Positions 1-9,182 of a stretch of DNA of 29,390 bases are shown here, piece after piece (within the stretch, counting starts at the first letter, position 1; each line of letters begins with the position of its first letter). A program made the translations under genes and the position numbers. Below the pieces are notes generated by a model. That model was not told the origin of the DNA, searched no databases, and saw nothing but the letters and a program-made list of their open reading frames with translations. The stretch comes from Myxococcota bacterium. Lineage in GTDB: Bacteria > Myxococcota > UBA4151. The stretch spans positions 1 through 29,390 of the forward strand of contig JAYZBQ010000021.1 in NCBI GenBank assembly GCA_036338695.1, written 5' to 3'.

Positions 1-1
1 C

Positions 2-526
2 GGGTTCATCAAGAATTCGCGCCACACCTCGCCGATTAACGGGTTCGGCTCTGGGCGGCGAAGCCTGAGCCATTTGGCGCACAACCCCACGGCCTCGTCA
101 TCGAGTAACGAGAGCCGGATGGGCTGGCTCGATCTCAACGACCTAAGCTACACGGAGCTGCGCCTGGCGGCCTACCAAAATGGCGCCCGCACCTACCTGA
201 GCAACCCCATCCAGAAGGCGCAGCTGCGCATCCGCTTTGGTCAAGACGGTTACCTGCTGTACGGGCAGGCGGGTTATTATTGGTGCGGCGGACGAGCCGC
301 CTTCACCGACGCCGGGCGCGGGCAGGTCAATCGGCCTGCGGGGGCGCCTGCGGACTGTAAAGGGCACGGCAGCTTGGGCTCGGGCTGGGATTTTGGACCA
401 GCCGGCACCAACGACGGGTTGACGCTCTGCGGCGGCGACGCCTCCAATTGGATGCACGTGCGCTACAACGGCGCAACGCTCAGTTTTGGGAACCGGGGCG
501 GCGCTCAGGCGATCTGGGTGCGCTGA
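2..526 (+). CDS. Partial CDS (5' end outside the window): C-terminal Gly/Trp/Cys-containing domain of a probable extracellular protein, possibly fibrinogen-C-like
   Basis: The frame of ORF 74..526 is open back to the window edge (GFIKNSRHTSPINGFGSGRRSLSHLAHNP...) and ends ...GGAQAIWVR-stop. The terminal strand resembles the end of fibrinogen-related domains (inference). It lies 68 bp upstream of, and co-oriented with, the Cys-rich lipoprotein. Confidence 0.6.
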   Translation, partial: GFIKNSRHTSPINGFGSGRRSLSHLAHNPTASSSSNESRMGWLDLNDLSYTELRLAAYQNGARTYLSNPIQKAQLRIRFGQDGYLLYGQAGYYWCGGRAAFTDAGRGQVNRPAGAPADCKGHGSLGSGWDFGPAGTNDGLTLCGGDASNWMHVRYNGATLSFGNRGGAQAIWVR

Positions 527-594
527 CCTGTTGAAACGAGGCGGCTTGCTTGCAAGCGCTCGCATCCCGCATAGTCGGCGCCGTGGAGTAGGCG

Positions 595-2748
595 ATGAAG
601 AAAATGATGACGACAGGGCGCGCACTGGCGCTGCTCGGGCTCGCTTATGTTGTAGCCTGCGGCGACCAAGTGGTCGTGCGTGAGACCGAAGCCGCCTGTG
701 GTAACGGCGCCATCGAGACGGGCGAGCAGTGCGATGACGGCAACGAAGAGCCGGGCGATGCCTGCACCGATGGCTGCAAAGCGGCTTTATGCGGGGACGG
801 GATCTTGCGCACCGACCTTGAGGCGGGCGCAGAGGGCTATGAGACCTGCGATGACGGCAACGACCTCGACGTCGATGGTTGCCTTAACAACTGCGTGATC
901 GCAGCCTGCGGTGACGGCGTCCTACGCGCAGACCTCGCGGAGGGTGCGCCCGGATTTGAAGCCTGCGATGACGGCAACGACGTGGACACCGACGCATGCA
1001 CTGTCAATTGTGTGATCACCTTTTGCGGCGACGGCATCGTGCGCTCGGATCTGCAAGACACCGACGCCGCCTATGAAGCCTGCGACGATGGCAACGACGA
1101 CGACACCGACAGCTGCCTGAGCAGCTGTCAGGTGGCGCGCTGCGGTGATGGCTTCGTCGGCCCGGGCGAGGGCTGCGATGACGGCAACGAAGACCCCACC
1201 GACGCGTGCGCCAACTGCCGCCCCGCCACCTGCGGCGATGGGATTATTCAAGCCGTTGAAGCCTGCGATGACGGTAACGACGTTGAGACCGACGCGTGCC
1301 TCTCGAGCTGCGCCGTTGCGCGCTGCGGCGACGGCGTCGTACGCGCCGATCTTGAGGCAGGAGTAGACGGCTTTGAAGCCTGCGATGACGGCAACGCCGT
1401 GCAGTCGGACGCGTGCACGGCGGCGTGTCAGGAGGCGCGCTGCGGTGACGGCGTTTTGCGCACGGATCTGCAGCCCGAAGAGCCAGGTTTTGAAGAGTGC
1501 GACGACGGCAACATCGAGGTCGGCGACGGCTGCTCGGCGACCTGCGGTGACGAGCGCTGCGGCAACGGGCGCGTCGATGAGGGCGAAGCCTGTGATGACG
1601 GCAACGGGGTGGACACCGACGAGTGCACCAACGGGTGCCTGGTTGCTCGCTGCGGTGACGGCGTCTTGCAGGTCGGGGTTGAGGAGTGCGACGACGCCAA
1701 TCAGCTGCAGACCGACGGCTGCTTGAACTCCTGCGTGATCGCTCGCTGCGGCGACGGCTTTGTCTGGGAGGGCCGTGAGGACTGCGACGACGGCAACGAG
1801 GTCGACACCGACGGCTGCCTGACCGAGTGCATCACGAACCGTTGCGGTGACGGCATCGTCGCTGCGGGGATCGAAGCCTGCGATGATGGGAACCAGGTCG
1901 AGGAGGATGCGTGCCGTAACGACTGCACCGCTGCGCGCTGCGGCGACGGCGTGGTGCGCGCCGACATCGCCGAAGGCCAAGCGGGCTACGAGGCCTGCGA
2001 TGACGGCAACCCGAGCAACCTCGACGCGTGCTTAGACACCTGCGCGCTGGCGACCTGCGGTGACGGCTTCTTGCGCGGGGACGTTCAAGCCGGACAGGCC
2101 GGCTTTGAGGCTTGCGACGACGGCAACCTCGAGCAGACCGATGCGTGCTTGAACAACTGCACCGCAGCGTCGTGCGGCGATGGCTTCACGCAAGCGGGCG
2201 TTGAAGCCTGCGACGACGCGAACCAGGCACAGACCGATGCGTGCCTAAACGATTGCACCGCCGCCAGCTGCGGTGACGGGCACGTCCAAGCTGGCGTAGA
2301 AGCCTGCGACGACGGCAACCAAAATGATGGCGACGACTGCCGGAACGACTGCACCTTGGGTGTCGAAGAGTTCTTCTTGGTCGAGTACAACGGGTGGCGC
2401 TTTTACAGAGTGCCGGTCCAGGGAACGATGAACGATGCCAACGTGCACGCGGCGTGTCAGGCGCAAGGGATGGTCACACCCTGTGCCGGCTCGAATGGGT
2501 GCGGATTCAACGACAACATCTGTACGGTCACCAGCGAGGATGGCTGCGGTAATCCGATGTGGCGGGGTTCTCGAGCGCGCTGCGGGGGGAACACCTATCC
2601 GAGCGGCTGTGGCCCCTTTGATAACACCTTTGCCTATATGGGTCGTAGGTGGCAGGGCGGGAGCGCCTGCGGAAGGGTCGGGGGTAGGTGGTGTGCCTCG
2701 GGCAACGGTTATCAGAACCGCTTCGCCTACTGTGCTCGGCGTCGCTGA
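595..2748 (+). CDS. Myxococcus cysteine-rich repeat (DUF4215-type) surface lipoprotein with a distinct C-terminal Cys-rich domain
   Basis: GGAG upstream of the ATG; signal peptide with lipobox-like YVVA-C22; 16 copies of CG(D/N)G...E.CDD(G/A)N....D.C...C; non-repetitive C-terminal domain of about 130 aa with 10 Cys. Confidence 0.9.
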   Translation: MKKMMTTGRALALLGLAYVVACGDQVVVRETEAACGNGAIETGEQCDDGNEEPGDACTDGCKAALCGDGILRTDLEAGAEGYETCDDGNDLDVDGCLNNCVIAACGDGVLRADLAEGAPGFEACDDGNDVDTDACTVNCVITFCGDGIVRSDLQDTDAAYEACDDGNDDDTDSCLSSCQVARCGDGFVGPGEGCDDGNEDPTDACANCRPATCGDGIIQAVEACDDGNDVETDACLSSCAVARCGDGVVRADLEAGVDGFEACDDGNAVQSDACTAACQEARCGDGVLRTDLQPEEPGFEECDDGNIEVGDGCSATCGDERCGNGRVDEGEACDDGNGVDTDECTNGCLVARCGDGVLQVGVEECDDANQLQTDGCLNSCVIARCGDGFVWEGREDCDDGNEVDTDGCLTECITNRCGDGIVAAGIEACDDGNQVEEDACRNDCTAARCGDGVVRADIAEGQAGYEACDDGNPSNLDACLDTCALATCGDGFLRGDVQAGQAGFEACDDGNLEQTDACLNNCTAASCGDGFTQAGVEACDDANQAQTDACLNDCTAASCGDGHVQAGVEACDDGNQNDGDDCRNDCTLGVEEFFLVEYNGWRFYRVPVQGTMNDANVHAACQAQGMVTPCAGSNGCGFNDNICTVTSEDGCGNPMWRGSRARCGGNTYPSGCGPFDNTFAYMGRRWQGGSACGRVGGRWCASGNGYQNRFAYCARRR
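697..2352 (+). repeat. Intragenic tandem array of 16 Cys-rich repeats in two length classes
   Basis: Recurring tgcgg(c/t)ga(c/t)gg... and tgcga(c/t)gacggcaac at the DNA level. Seven long units carry an R(T/A/S/G)D(L/I/V)..G..G(Y/F)E insert and nine are short. Confidence 0.9.
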
Positions 2749-2798
2749 GTTCGGCTGCGTGAGCTGCCAGCAACCTCAAGCGTGATAAGGCAACGAGC

Positions 2799-3857
2799 AT
2801 GAGCATAAGTTTGATGGATCGACTCGGCGGAACCTCGGCGCCGCCGCTGATCATCGCAGAGATGAGCGGCAACCATAACCGAGACCTTGCGCGCGCCTTA
2901 GCGATCGTCGACGCCGCGGCTGAGGCGGGCGCGCATGCGCTCAAGATCCAGACGTACACCGCCGACACCATGACCATCGACTCGCGCAAGCCGGGCTTCG
3001 TGATCGAGGATGAGGGGAGCTTATGGGAGGGGCGTAACCTCTACGACCTCTACGACGAGGCGCACACCCCGTGGGAGTGGCACCAGCCGATCTTTGATCG
3101 CTGCAAGGCGCACGGGATGATCGGGTTTTCATCCCCCTTTGACGCCACCGCTGTGGACTACCTCGAAGATTTGGGGGTCGAGCTGTACAAGGTGGCGAGC
3201 TTTGAGATGGTGGATATCCCGCTGATCAAAAAGATCGCTGCGACCGGCAAGCCGATGATCATCTCGACCGGGATGTCCTCGCAAGAAGAGATCGGCGAGG
3301 CGGTCGAAGCCGCCAAGAGCATGGGCAACGACCAGATCGTATTGCTCAAGTGCACCTCCACTTATCCCGCACCACCGGACGCTACCCACATCTCAGCGAT
3401 CCCGACGCTAGCCGATCGCTTTGGCGTGATGGCGGGGTTGTCCGACCACACGCACGGGATCGGCGTTGCGGTCGCGAGCGTGGCGTTTGGGGCGCGCGTG
3501 ATCGAGAAACACTTCACCTTACGGCGGGCGGATGGGGGCGTCGACAGCGCCTTCTCGCTGGAGCCTGCGGAGCTCAAAGCCTTGGTCGAGGAGACCGATC
3601 GCGCCTGGCGCGCCATCGGCACACCCGAGCTTGGCATGCGCCCTGTTGAGAAGGCGTCGTCAGCCTATCGGCGCTCGCTGTACATCGTGCGCGATGTGCA
3701 GCCGGGGGACACACTGACGCCGCAGAACCTCCGCTCGATTCGTCCGGGTTACGGGCTCAAGCCCAAGCATTATGAAGCCCTGATCGGGCGGACCGTCACG
3801 CAAGCGGCTGAGGCGGGTACGCCTGTGACATGGGACCTTGTCGGCGGTGCGCCCTAA
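2799..3857 (+). CDS. pseI: Pseudaminic acid synthase (NeuB family with C-terminal SAF domain)
   Basis: IIAEMSGNHN, KIQTYTADTMT, EAHTPWEWH, YKVASFE, PMIISTGM, LLKCTSTYP, GLSDHT, IEKHFTL and a SAF tail RRSLY...SIRPGYGL. The AHTPWEWH and RRSLY motifs are typical of PseI, and pseF/pseG-like genes are nearby. Confidence 0.9.
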   Translation: MSISLMDRLGGTSAPPLIIAEMSGNHNRDLARALAIVDAAAEAGAHALKIQTYTADTMTIDSRKPGFVIEDEGSLWEGRNLYDLYDEAHTPWEWHQPIFDRCKAHGMIGFSSPFDATAVDYLEDLGVELYKVASFEMVDIPLIKKIAATGKPMIISTGMSSQEEIGEAVEAAKSMGNDQIVLLKCTSTYPAPPDATHISAIPTLADRFGVMAGLSDHTHGIGVAVASVAFGARVIEKHFTLRRADGGVDSAFSLEPAELKALVEETDRAWRAIGTPELGMRPVEKASSAYRRSLYIVRDVQPGDTLTPQNLRSIRPGYGLKPKHYEALIGRTVTQAAEAGTPVTWDLVGGAP

Positions 3858-4597
3858 GCGAGGCGCTCGCGTACCTGCGCGGAGGTAAGCGGAGTCCCTG
3901 CGCCGGCTCGCATGATCGCTTGCGCCGCCGTAGCTCCCTCGTTGAGCAACAGGTCGATGACGCTCAGGTAGGGGACAAATTCGCCGTAGCGCTGCGTGTA
4001 AGGGGCGGGTGTGTAGTTCTGATAGGTGAGCGCGACGCCTGCTCGCTCAAAGGCGGCCGAGGACTCGTCGGCCTCGAGGTAGGCGGCGCTGCCCAAAGGT
4101 GAGAGGTAGGCGGTGGCGCCTTGGAGCGCGCAGAGCTCAAGCAGACCGTCCCCCTTTCCCGCCGAGCGGTCACGGAGCGTGGAGCTGCGCACGCAGTCTG
4201 CGCCGACACCGAGGAGCGCAGACAGCGCTTGGATGATCTCGATGTTGGACTCGACAAGGCTAGAGACCTCTTTCTCGAGGGCTGCGCGCAGCGCCGGGAA
4301 GACGTCCTCAAAAAAGGGCGCCTTGGCGTAGTGCTGCTGGATATTTTGCAGGTGCCGTGTTCGCCAATCGAGCGCGTTTTTGACGCGCGCTGCGTGCAGC
4401 AGCGTGCTGCGCGGCGCCTTCTCGACCGGTACGCTCAGGTACAGCTCGCCTTGGGGCGTTTTGATTCGATTTCGCACCTGCCAGCTGCGTTTGGTGAGCT
4501 GAACATCATCGAGAAAGATGAATTGATCGACCGCATCGATCAGCTGGAAGTAGCCGACCCAAGGCAGGTAGGTCGGTTGCATGATCGCGACCTTCAT
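3854..4597 (-). CDS. wbqC: WbqC family protein (putative aminoacyl/glycyl transferase of sugar-modification loci)
   Basis: MKVAIMQPTYLPWVGYF, FIFLDDVQL, RNRIKT, YAKAPFF, YLS, YTQRYGEFVPYLSVIDLLLNEG. The ATG at 4597 overlaps the upstream stop (ATGA). Confidence 0.85.
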   Translation of the reverse strand: MKVAIMQPTYLPWVGYFQLIDAVDQFIFLDDVQLTKRSWQVRNRIKTPQGELYLSVPVEKAPRSTLLHAARVKNALDWRTRHLQNIQQHYAKAPFFEDVFPALRAALEKEVSSLVESNIEIIQALSALLGVGADCVRSSTLRDRSAGKGDGLLELCALQGATAYLSPLGSAAYLEADESSAAFERAGVALTYQNYTPAPYTQRYGEFVPYLSVIDLLLNEGATAAQAIMRAGAGTPLTSAQVRERLA

Positions 4598-5199
4598 TTG
4601 TAGCAATACACCGCAAATTCGAACGGAAAGCCGCCCTCGCTCAAGCTGTAGTCATGGCGCAGGGTCACCTTTTTGCTCAGGTTGTGTTTGCAGAAATCGA
4701 AGACGGCGCAGGGGTCGACGTAGTACAACCCGGGGTCACGGTAGTCGACGTAGGTCGACATGGCGTTAAAGGCGATCCCTCGCTCAGCGGCATCAAACAT
4801 GGCGCGCAGCGCGTGCGTCATGAAGCCCCAGTTATCGTCCATGAGGTTGTTGAAGACGCCGCTTAAGAGCGCAAAATCGGACCCCTTGGGCATGGGGTCG
4901 TTGAAGACGTCAAAGACCTGAAACTCAGCGTTGGTCTCATGAAACGTCGCTCGGGCGGCATCGATGAACTCAGGGACAAAGTCTAAGCCCGTATAGCGAA
5001 GGTCCGGCTCACGCGCTCGAAGGTGCTCGTAGAGGTGTCCCAGGCCGCAGCCGACGTCGACCACGGAACCGAGCTTCGGGGCGACCTGTGCGAGGATCTC
5101 GAAGCGGCTGTGTTGGCTTGCGTCGTCGCCCCATTGCACCGCCTTTGCGGAGTTGCCGTGCTCGCTAAAGAGCGCCTTATAGTGTGCTTTGACGTCCAT
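4594..5199 (-). CDS. Class I SAM-dependent methyltransferase
   Basis: SVVDVGCGLG SAM-binding motif, YTGLDF, DFALLSGVFN; overlaps both neighbours in the operon. Confidence 0.85.
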   Translation of the reverse strand: MDVKAHYKALFSEHGNSAKAVQWGDDASQHSRFEILAQVAPKLGSVVDVGCGLGHLYEHLRAREPDLRYTGLDFVPEFIDAARATFHETNAEFQVFDVFNDPMPKGSDFALLSGVFNNLMDDNWGFMTHALRAMFDAAERGIAFNAMSTYVDYRDPGLYYVDPCAVFDFCKHNLSKKVTLRHDYSLSEGGFPFEFAVYCYK

Positions 5200-6250
5200 G
5201 ATGGACCCCTTCTGTGTGCAAGGTGACGAGACGGTTCGCCAGGCGCTGCGTTGAGTCGCTGCGAAAGCGCCCGTGGCATTGCTCGCGCAGGCGCTGCCTC
5301 AGCCGCTGGTCGTCGATGAGCGCGGTGAGCTGGGTGACGAGTTGATCCTCAAAGCCGGGTTGCGACCAGGCGCCGAGATCGTAGGCGAGGCCCTGCGCAC
5401 AAAATGCGCGCGTGTCGTGGTGTTGGAGCTCGGTGACCGAGCAGATCGCGCTCGGGATGCCGCAGTACGCCGCCTCGTACTTCAAGAGACCACCTCCGCA
5501 GATGAGCAGGTCGGTTTGCGCTAGCCGAGACGCAAGCTCAGGCGTCGGCGCCTCAAGGCTCAACTGCTCGCCAAAGAGGGGTCGTGTGCCCTCTTGGTGA
5601 GCCTGTGCGTGGTGCGTGATGAGATGCAAACTCGGTGGCGAGGTCACCTGCCCAAGCGCCCGAACGAGCTGCTGTTCGCGCACAAACTGCCCCTGCGTAC
5701 CCGATAGAAACACCGTGACGTGCTCGACGCGCTGGCGGACCGCTTGACCCTCTAGCTGCGCTCGAAGCCCCGCAAACTCCGGGCTGACGATCAGGTAATC
5801 AGCTCCTGACAGGACAGGGACCTGGAACCGCTCAAGCCGCATCTCTTGCCCCTCGAGACGGATGCTGATCAACGCCAGCGCTCGATGCGCAAAGTTGTAC
5901 CGGTCCTCATCGACGAAGTAGACCGGCCGCCTTTGCGCTTGAGCCAGCGCGTCGATGAATTCAGCGTCGACGCCATAATGATCGATGACGACGAGCGCCT
6001 CGGGGGGGAGATGGTCGAGCAGGCTTTGAGGGGTAGGCTGGTCCTCTTGGCAGTCGATGATGCGAAAGCCTCGCGCCTCGAGGGCGCGCCGTGCAAAGGA
6101 GCCAAAGTCACCCACAAAGGCGATGTGATCAGCGCCGAGACCGCGCAGCGCATGCGCCAGGTTCATACAGCGGGCGGTGTGACCGAACCCGTGTCGACTG
6201 TTGGAGTCGCAGCGAAAGACAACCTGAGGGTCCGTCGAAGGCTCGCTCAC
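5177..6250 (-). CDS. pseG: PseG/SpsG-like UDP-sugar hydrolase (GT-B fold)
   Basis: N-terminal VFRCDSNSRHGFGHTARCMNLA matches the PseG GxGH..R motif; VVIDHY; DLLICGGGLLKYEAAYCGIP. The GTG start overlaps the upstream stop (GTGA). Confidence 0.75.
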   Translation of the reverse strand: MSEPSTDPQVVFRCDSNSRHGFGHTARCMNLAHALRGLGADHIAFVGDFGSFARRALEARGFRIIDCQEDQPTPQSLLDHLPPEALVVIDHYGVDAEFIDALAQAQRRPVYFVDEDRYNFAHRALALISIRLEGQEMRLERFQVPVLSGADYLIVSPEFAGLRAQLEGQAVRQRVEHVTVFLSGTQGQFVREQQLVRALGQVTSPPSLHLITHHAQAHQEGTRPLFGEQLSLEAPTPELASRLAQTDLLICGGGLLKYEAAYCGIPSAICSVTELQHHDTRAFCAQGLAYDLGAWSQPGFEDQLVTQLTALIDDQRLRQRLREQCHGRFRSDSTQRLANRLVTLHTEGVHHGRQSTL

Positions 6251-7578
6251 AGGGCGCTGATCTGGCGGTAGGTGTCCACTAAGACCTCGTTCATGAACCA
6301 GATTTTACCGATGTTCTTACCGAGTAAGGTGACGTTGTCCGTCGCCGCGCGAGCCGTCTCGAGCAGCTGCTCGTTAGCGGTGACGAAATCAGGCGTTGGG
6401 ATGGGAAACCCGTTCGGGTAGACGGCGAGGTGGCGGTCGGTGACCGAGTCGCTCGATGGGATGATCCCCATCCTGACGAGCTCATCATCGGTCTCTTGAG
6501 CGTGAGCGGTTTGATCAAGCGCAGCGTACGCGCTCGGCGTGAGCAGGTGCTCGACCGTCAGGCGGAGCTTACCGTTTAGGGTGGGGCTGAAGTTGTCGTA
6601 GAGCGTGACCCGGAAGGTCTTCATCGACGGTTCATAGCAGTGGAGGTAGTAGAGCTCCGTCCCGTAGTCGGCGTCGACTAAGAGGTGCTGCAGCGTCGTG
6701 GTCAAGCGGCGAGGTGGGCCGCCTTGAGGCATCGGTAAGCCCAAGCCTTTGACCAAGGCGAAGAGCGGCGCGCACCAGACCAGTTGGTCGACGGGGTAGA
6801 CCCCTTGGTCCGTCCGCACCGCGACGATGGACCGCCGGTCACAGTCAAAACCTTCGATCGAGCAGCCCGTCTGGATCGTTACTCCCGCGTCGATCAGTCG
6901 TTGCCTGAGGTGCTCGATCCAGGTCCCCATACCCCCTTCGGCGGGGTACAAGGAGCGCTGCGCTGAGATCAGGTCGAGGTGGCTATGGTAGGCGAGCACC
7001 TCATCATGCTGCGGTGACTTCTTGAGCGTATGGGTCTCTTCGGGGCTGCCTGCGATCAGCCGGGCTAACCCAAAAAGCCGGTGGGCGTCGGGCGCAAGTT
7101 CCTCGGCGCTGCAGCCGAAATGCTTTTCGATGATGGGCTCGAACAGGTGTTCGGCGTACACCGCCCCAAACTGCCCGATGAGCTGCTCTTTGAGATCGCC
7201 ATAGGCCGCTGCCCCTCGCCGATTGATCAGCGCTTTGAGCCCTTCGCTTCGCCGATGCTCTGGGAGCCCTTGGTCGGACAAGAAGGCGTTGCCCTCGAAG
7301 AGTTGCCCGTGAAACGAGCCCGCCAGAGTGCTTGGCAGGCGCGGCGCATCGAGCCCGTCATACAAGAGCGCATCGAGCGCTTCGATCCCCGTCTCGCGCC
7401 CGAGGTGGGTGCCGAAGTCAAAGGCGTAATCAGGACCAAAGGGGTGTACGGAGCGCAGCAGACCGCCGAGCTCGTTGGCGCGTTCAATGAGGGTGACCTG
7501 GCAGCCTTGTTGACGCAGAAGGAGCGCTGCGGTGATGCCCGCCACGCCTCCGCCAACTACGACTGCTTTACGGGTCAT
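6247..7578 (-). CDS. FAD-dependent oxidoreductase (HemY/UDP-galactopyranose-mutase-like superfamily)
   Basis: Rossmann motif VVVGGGVAG, ERANELGGLLRS, FDFGTH, YPAEGGMG. ATG at 7578 chosen as the start; it overlaps the end of pseF. Confidence 0.8.
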   Translation of the reverse strand: MTRKAVVVGGGVAGITAALLLRQQGCQVTLIERANELGGLLRSVHPFGPDYAFDFGTHLGRETGIEALDALLYDGLDAPRLPSTLAGSFHGQLFEGNAFLSDQGLPEHRRSEGLKALINRRGAAAYGDLKEQLIGQFGAVYAEHLFEPIIEKHFGCSAEELAPDAHRLFGLARLIAGSPEETHTLKKSPQHDEVLAYHSHLDLISAQRSLYPAEGGMGTWIEHLRQRLIDAGVTIQTGCSIEGFDCDRRSIVAVRTDQGVYPVDQLVWCAPLFALVKGLGLPMPQGGPPRRLTTTLQHLLVDADYGTELYYLHCYEPSMKTFRVTLYDNFSPTLNGKLRLTVEHLLTPSAYAALDQTAHAQETDDELVRMGIIPSSDSVTDRHLAVYPNGFPIPTPDFVTANEQLLETARAATDNVTLLGKNIGKIWFMNEVLVDTYRQISAL

Positions 7579-8269
7579 GGATCCGCTCAAACTTGAGTTC
7601 AGCTACAGCCCAGTCATCTTCCGTGTCGATGTCCTGGACCTGCATGGGGTTAAGGACGACTGCCCCCGTTTTTTCGGTCCAAATATCGCCTGTCTTTAGC
7701 AAGGCGTCGGTGCGGAAGGTGTAGAACTGCCCCGCGTCGTGGTACGCTGGCTCAAGGTCCTGACTGCGGCTAAATCGGTGACCTGCGTCGATGAGCTCCA
7801 AACAGCCCGCCGCGTTGATCCGTGTGGCTCGCTGGACCGGGTAGTCAAAGGCGACGACGGGGAACACGGAATCGAGCTGGTCGCGTTCGAGCTGCTCAAA
7901 CGAGGCGCGCAGGCTCTCGGGTTGAATCAAAGGCGCAGTGGGGTAGATACAGCAACAGCTCTCAAAGTCGACACCGCGCGCTCGGTAGCTTGCGAGGACC
8001 TCTTGGATCACGTCGAGCGTGGTCGCCTCGTGGTCTGCATTTTTAGCGGAGCGCATGAACGGGACCTCCGCACCGAACTGGCGGGCGACCTCAGCGATCT
8101 CGTGGTCGTCCGTTGAGACCATGATGACGTCAAACAGGCCGGACGCCTTGGCGGCGTCGATGCTGTACTTGATGATCGGTTGCCCGCAAAACCGACGAAT
8201 ATTTTTGCGCGGGATCCGCTGGCTTCCGCCGCGAGCGGGGATCAGCGCCAAGCGCTTAGGCGCTGTCAT
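7568..8269 (-). CDS. pseF: CMP-pseudaminic acid synthetase (cytidylyltransferase)
   Basis: ALIPARGGSQRIPRKNIR, VSTDD, AEVPFMRS, CCIYPTAP, RSQDLEPAYHDAGQFY, VQDIDTEDDW are characteristic PseF/NeuA motifs. ATG at 8269 chosen as the start. Confidence 0.9.
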   Translation of the reverse strand: MTAPKRLALIPARGGSQRIPRKNIRRFCGQPIIKYSIDAAKASGLFDVIMVSTDDHEIAEVARQFGAEVPFMRSAKNADHEATTLDVIQEVLASYRARGVDFESCCCIYPTAPLIQPESLRASFEQLERDQLDSVFPVVAFDYPVQRATRINAAGCLELIDAGHRFSRSQDLEPAYHDAGQFYTFRTDALLKTGDIWTEKTGAVVLNPMQVQDIDTEDDWAVAELKFERIHDP

Positions 8270-9161
8270 GAACGCTCTCTTTTCGGGCGACGAAGAGCGC
8301 ATTTCGGCCGATACCGGCTCGTGCAAAGCCACGGTACATGGCGCGCAGCTGCTGCGCCGGCATGCTCATCTCGAGTTCAACCCGCTCAAGGTGACACGCC
8401 CGGCCAAGCTCTGGCTGCGAGATGTAGTCTCGGCCCATCAAGAGAAAGAACTCCATCGGGTAATCGCCCATGGTGTCTTCAATGCAAAAGCCTAGGCGCT
8501 CAAGGATGGGTGGAACGTTCTCAAAGTTGAAGTAGCTGATGTGGTCGGGGACCACGACCCACCATCGGTTGAGGTCATGTTTTTGCCGTGCGAGCTCTTG
8601 AATGGGGCTGAAGTCATTCGGCAGGCGGCAGATCAGGAGACCGCCCTTATTGAGCAGGCTACGCGCCTGAGTCAGCAGGGCGATCGGATCCGGCGAATGT
8701 TCGATCACGTTAAGAAAGATGACCGCGTCAAATCGGGCGTCTGGGTGCTGGTTTGCGAAGCCTGCTAAGTTCCCGAGCTCGACGTCTAACCCTTGTGACT
8801 GCGCGAGCTCAACCGCTTGTTGAGCGGGTTCAACGCCTTGCGCTTGGAACCCGTGACGGTTTGCATAGGCGATGAACTCGCCGATGCCGCAGCCCACATC
8901 CAAAATACGTTTGCCCGGAGCCGCCTCAAGCGCAGCGATGAGCGTATCGTAGAGCGTGTGATGCAGCCAGCTTCGGGTGGCGTCCGCCTCTTTACCGCCG
9001 GCGATAAGCCGCTGCAGCTCAAGGGCTCGACCTCCTTGTTGGATCAGATCGTAGTACTTGCTCTCATAGTAGGCGCTGAGGTCCTCTGCGGCTGGTACGG
9101 GCTCGACGCGCCGATGCCCCCAGACAGGGTCCGTGATGATCTGGTGTGGATCCTTGCTCAT
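8256..9161 (-). CDS. Class I SAM-dependent methyltransferase of the polysaccharide-locus type
   Basis: RILDVGCGIG, GVEP, FDAVIFLNVIEHSPDP, PDHISYF. The ATG at 9161 has GAGGGG upstream; an alternative GTG start lies at 9179. Confidence 0.85.
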   Translation of the reverse strand: MSKDPHQIITDPVWGHRRVEPVPAAEDLSAYYESKYYDLIQQGGRALELQRLIAGGKEADATRSWLHHTLYDTLIAALEAAPGKRILDVGCGIGEFIAYANRHGFQAQGVEPAQQAVELAQSQGLDVELGNLAGFANQHPDARFDAVIFLNVIEHSPDPIALLTQARSLLNKGGLLICRLPNDFSPIQELARQKHDLNRWWVVVPDHISYFNFENVPPILERLGFCIEDTMGDYPMEFFLLMGRDYISQPELGRACHLERVELEMSMPAQQLRAMYRGFARAGIGRNALFVARKESVHDSA

Positions 9162-9182
9162 CGTCCCCTCGACTCGCACCGA

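Noticed and set aside
697..2352. Regularly spaced DNA repeats as a CRISPR array
   Set aside because: The repeats are degenerate at third codon positions, lie in frame within a CDS, and there are no cas genes.
2353..2748. Diversity-generating retroelement target (lectin-like tip)
   Set aside because: No reverse transcriptase and no second near-identical template copy differing at adenines is visible in the window.
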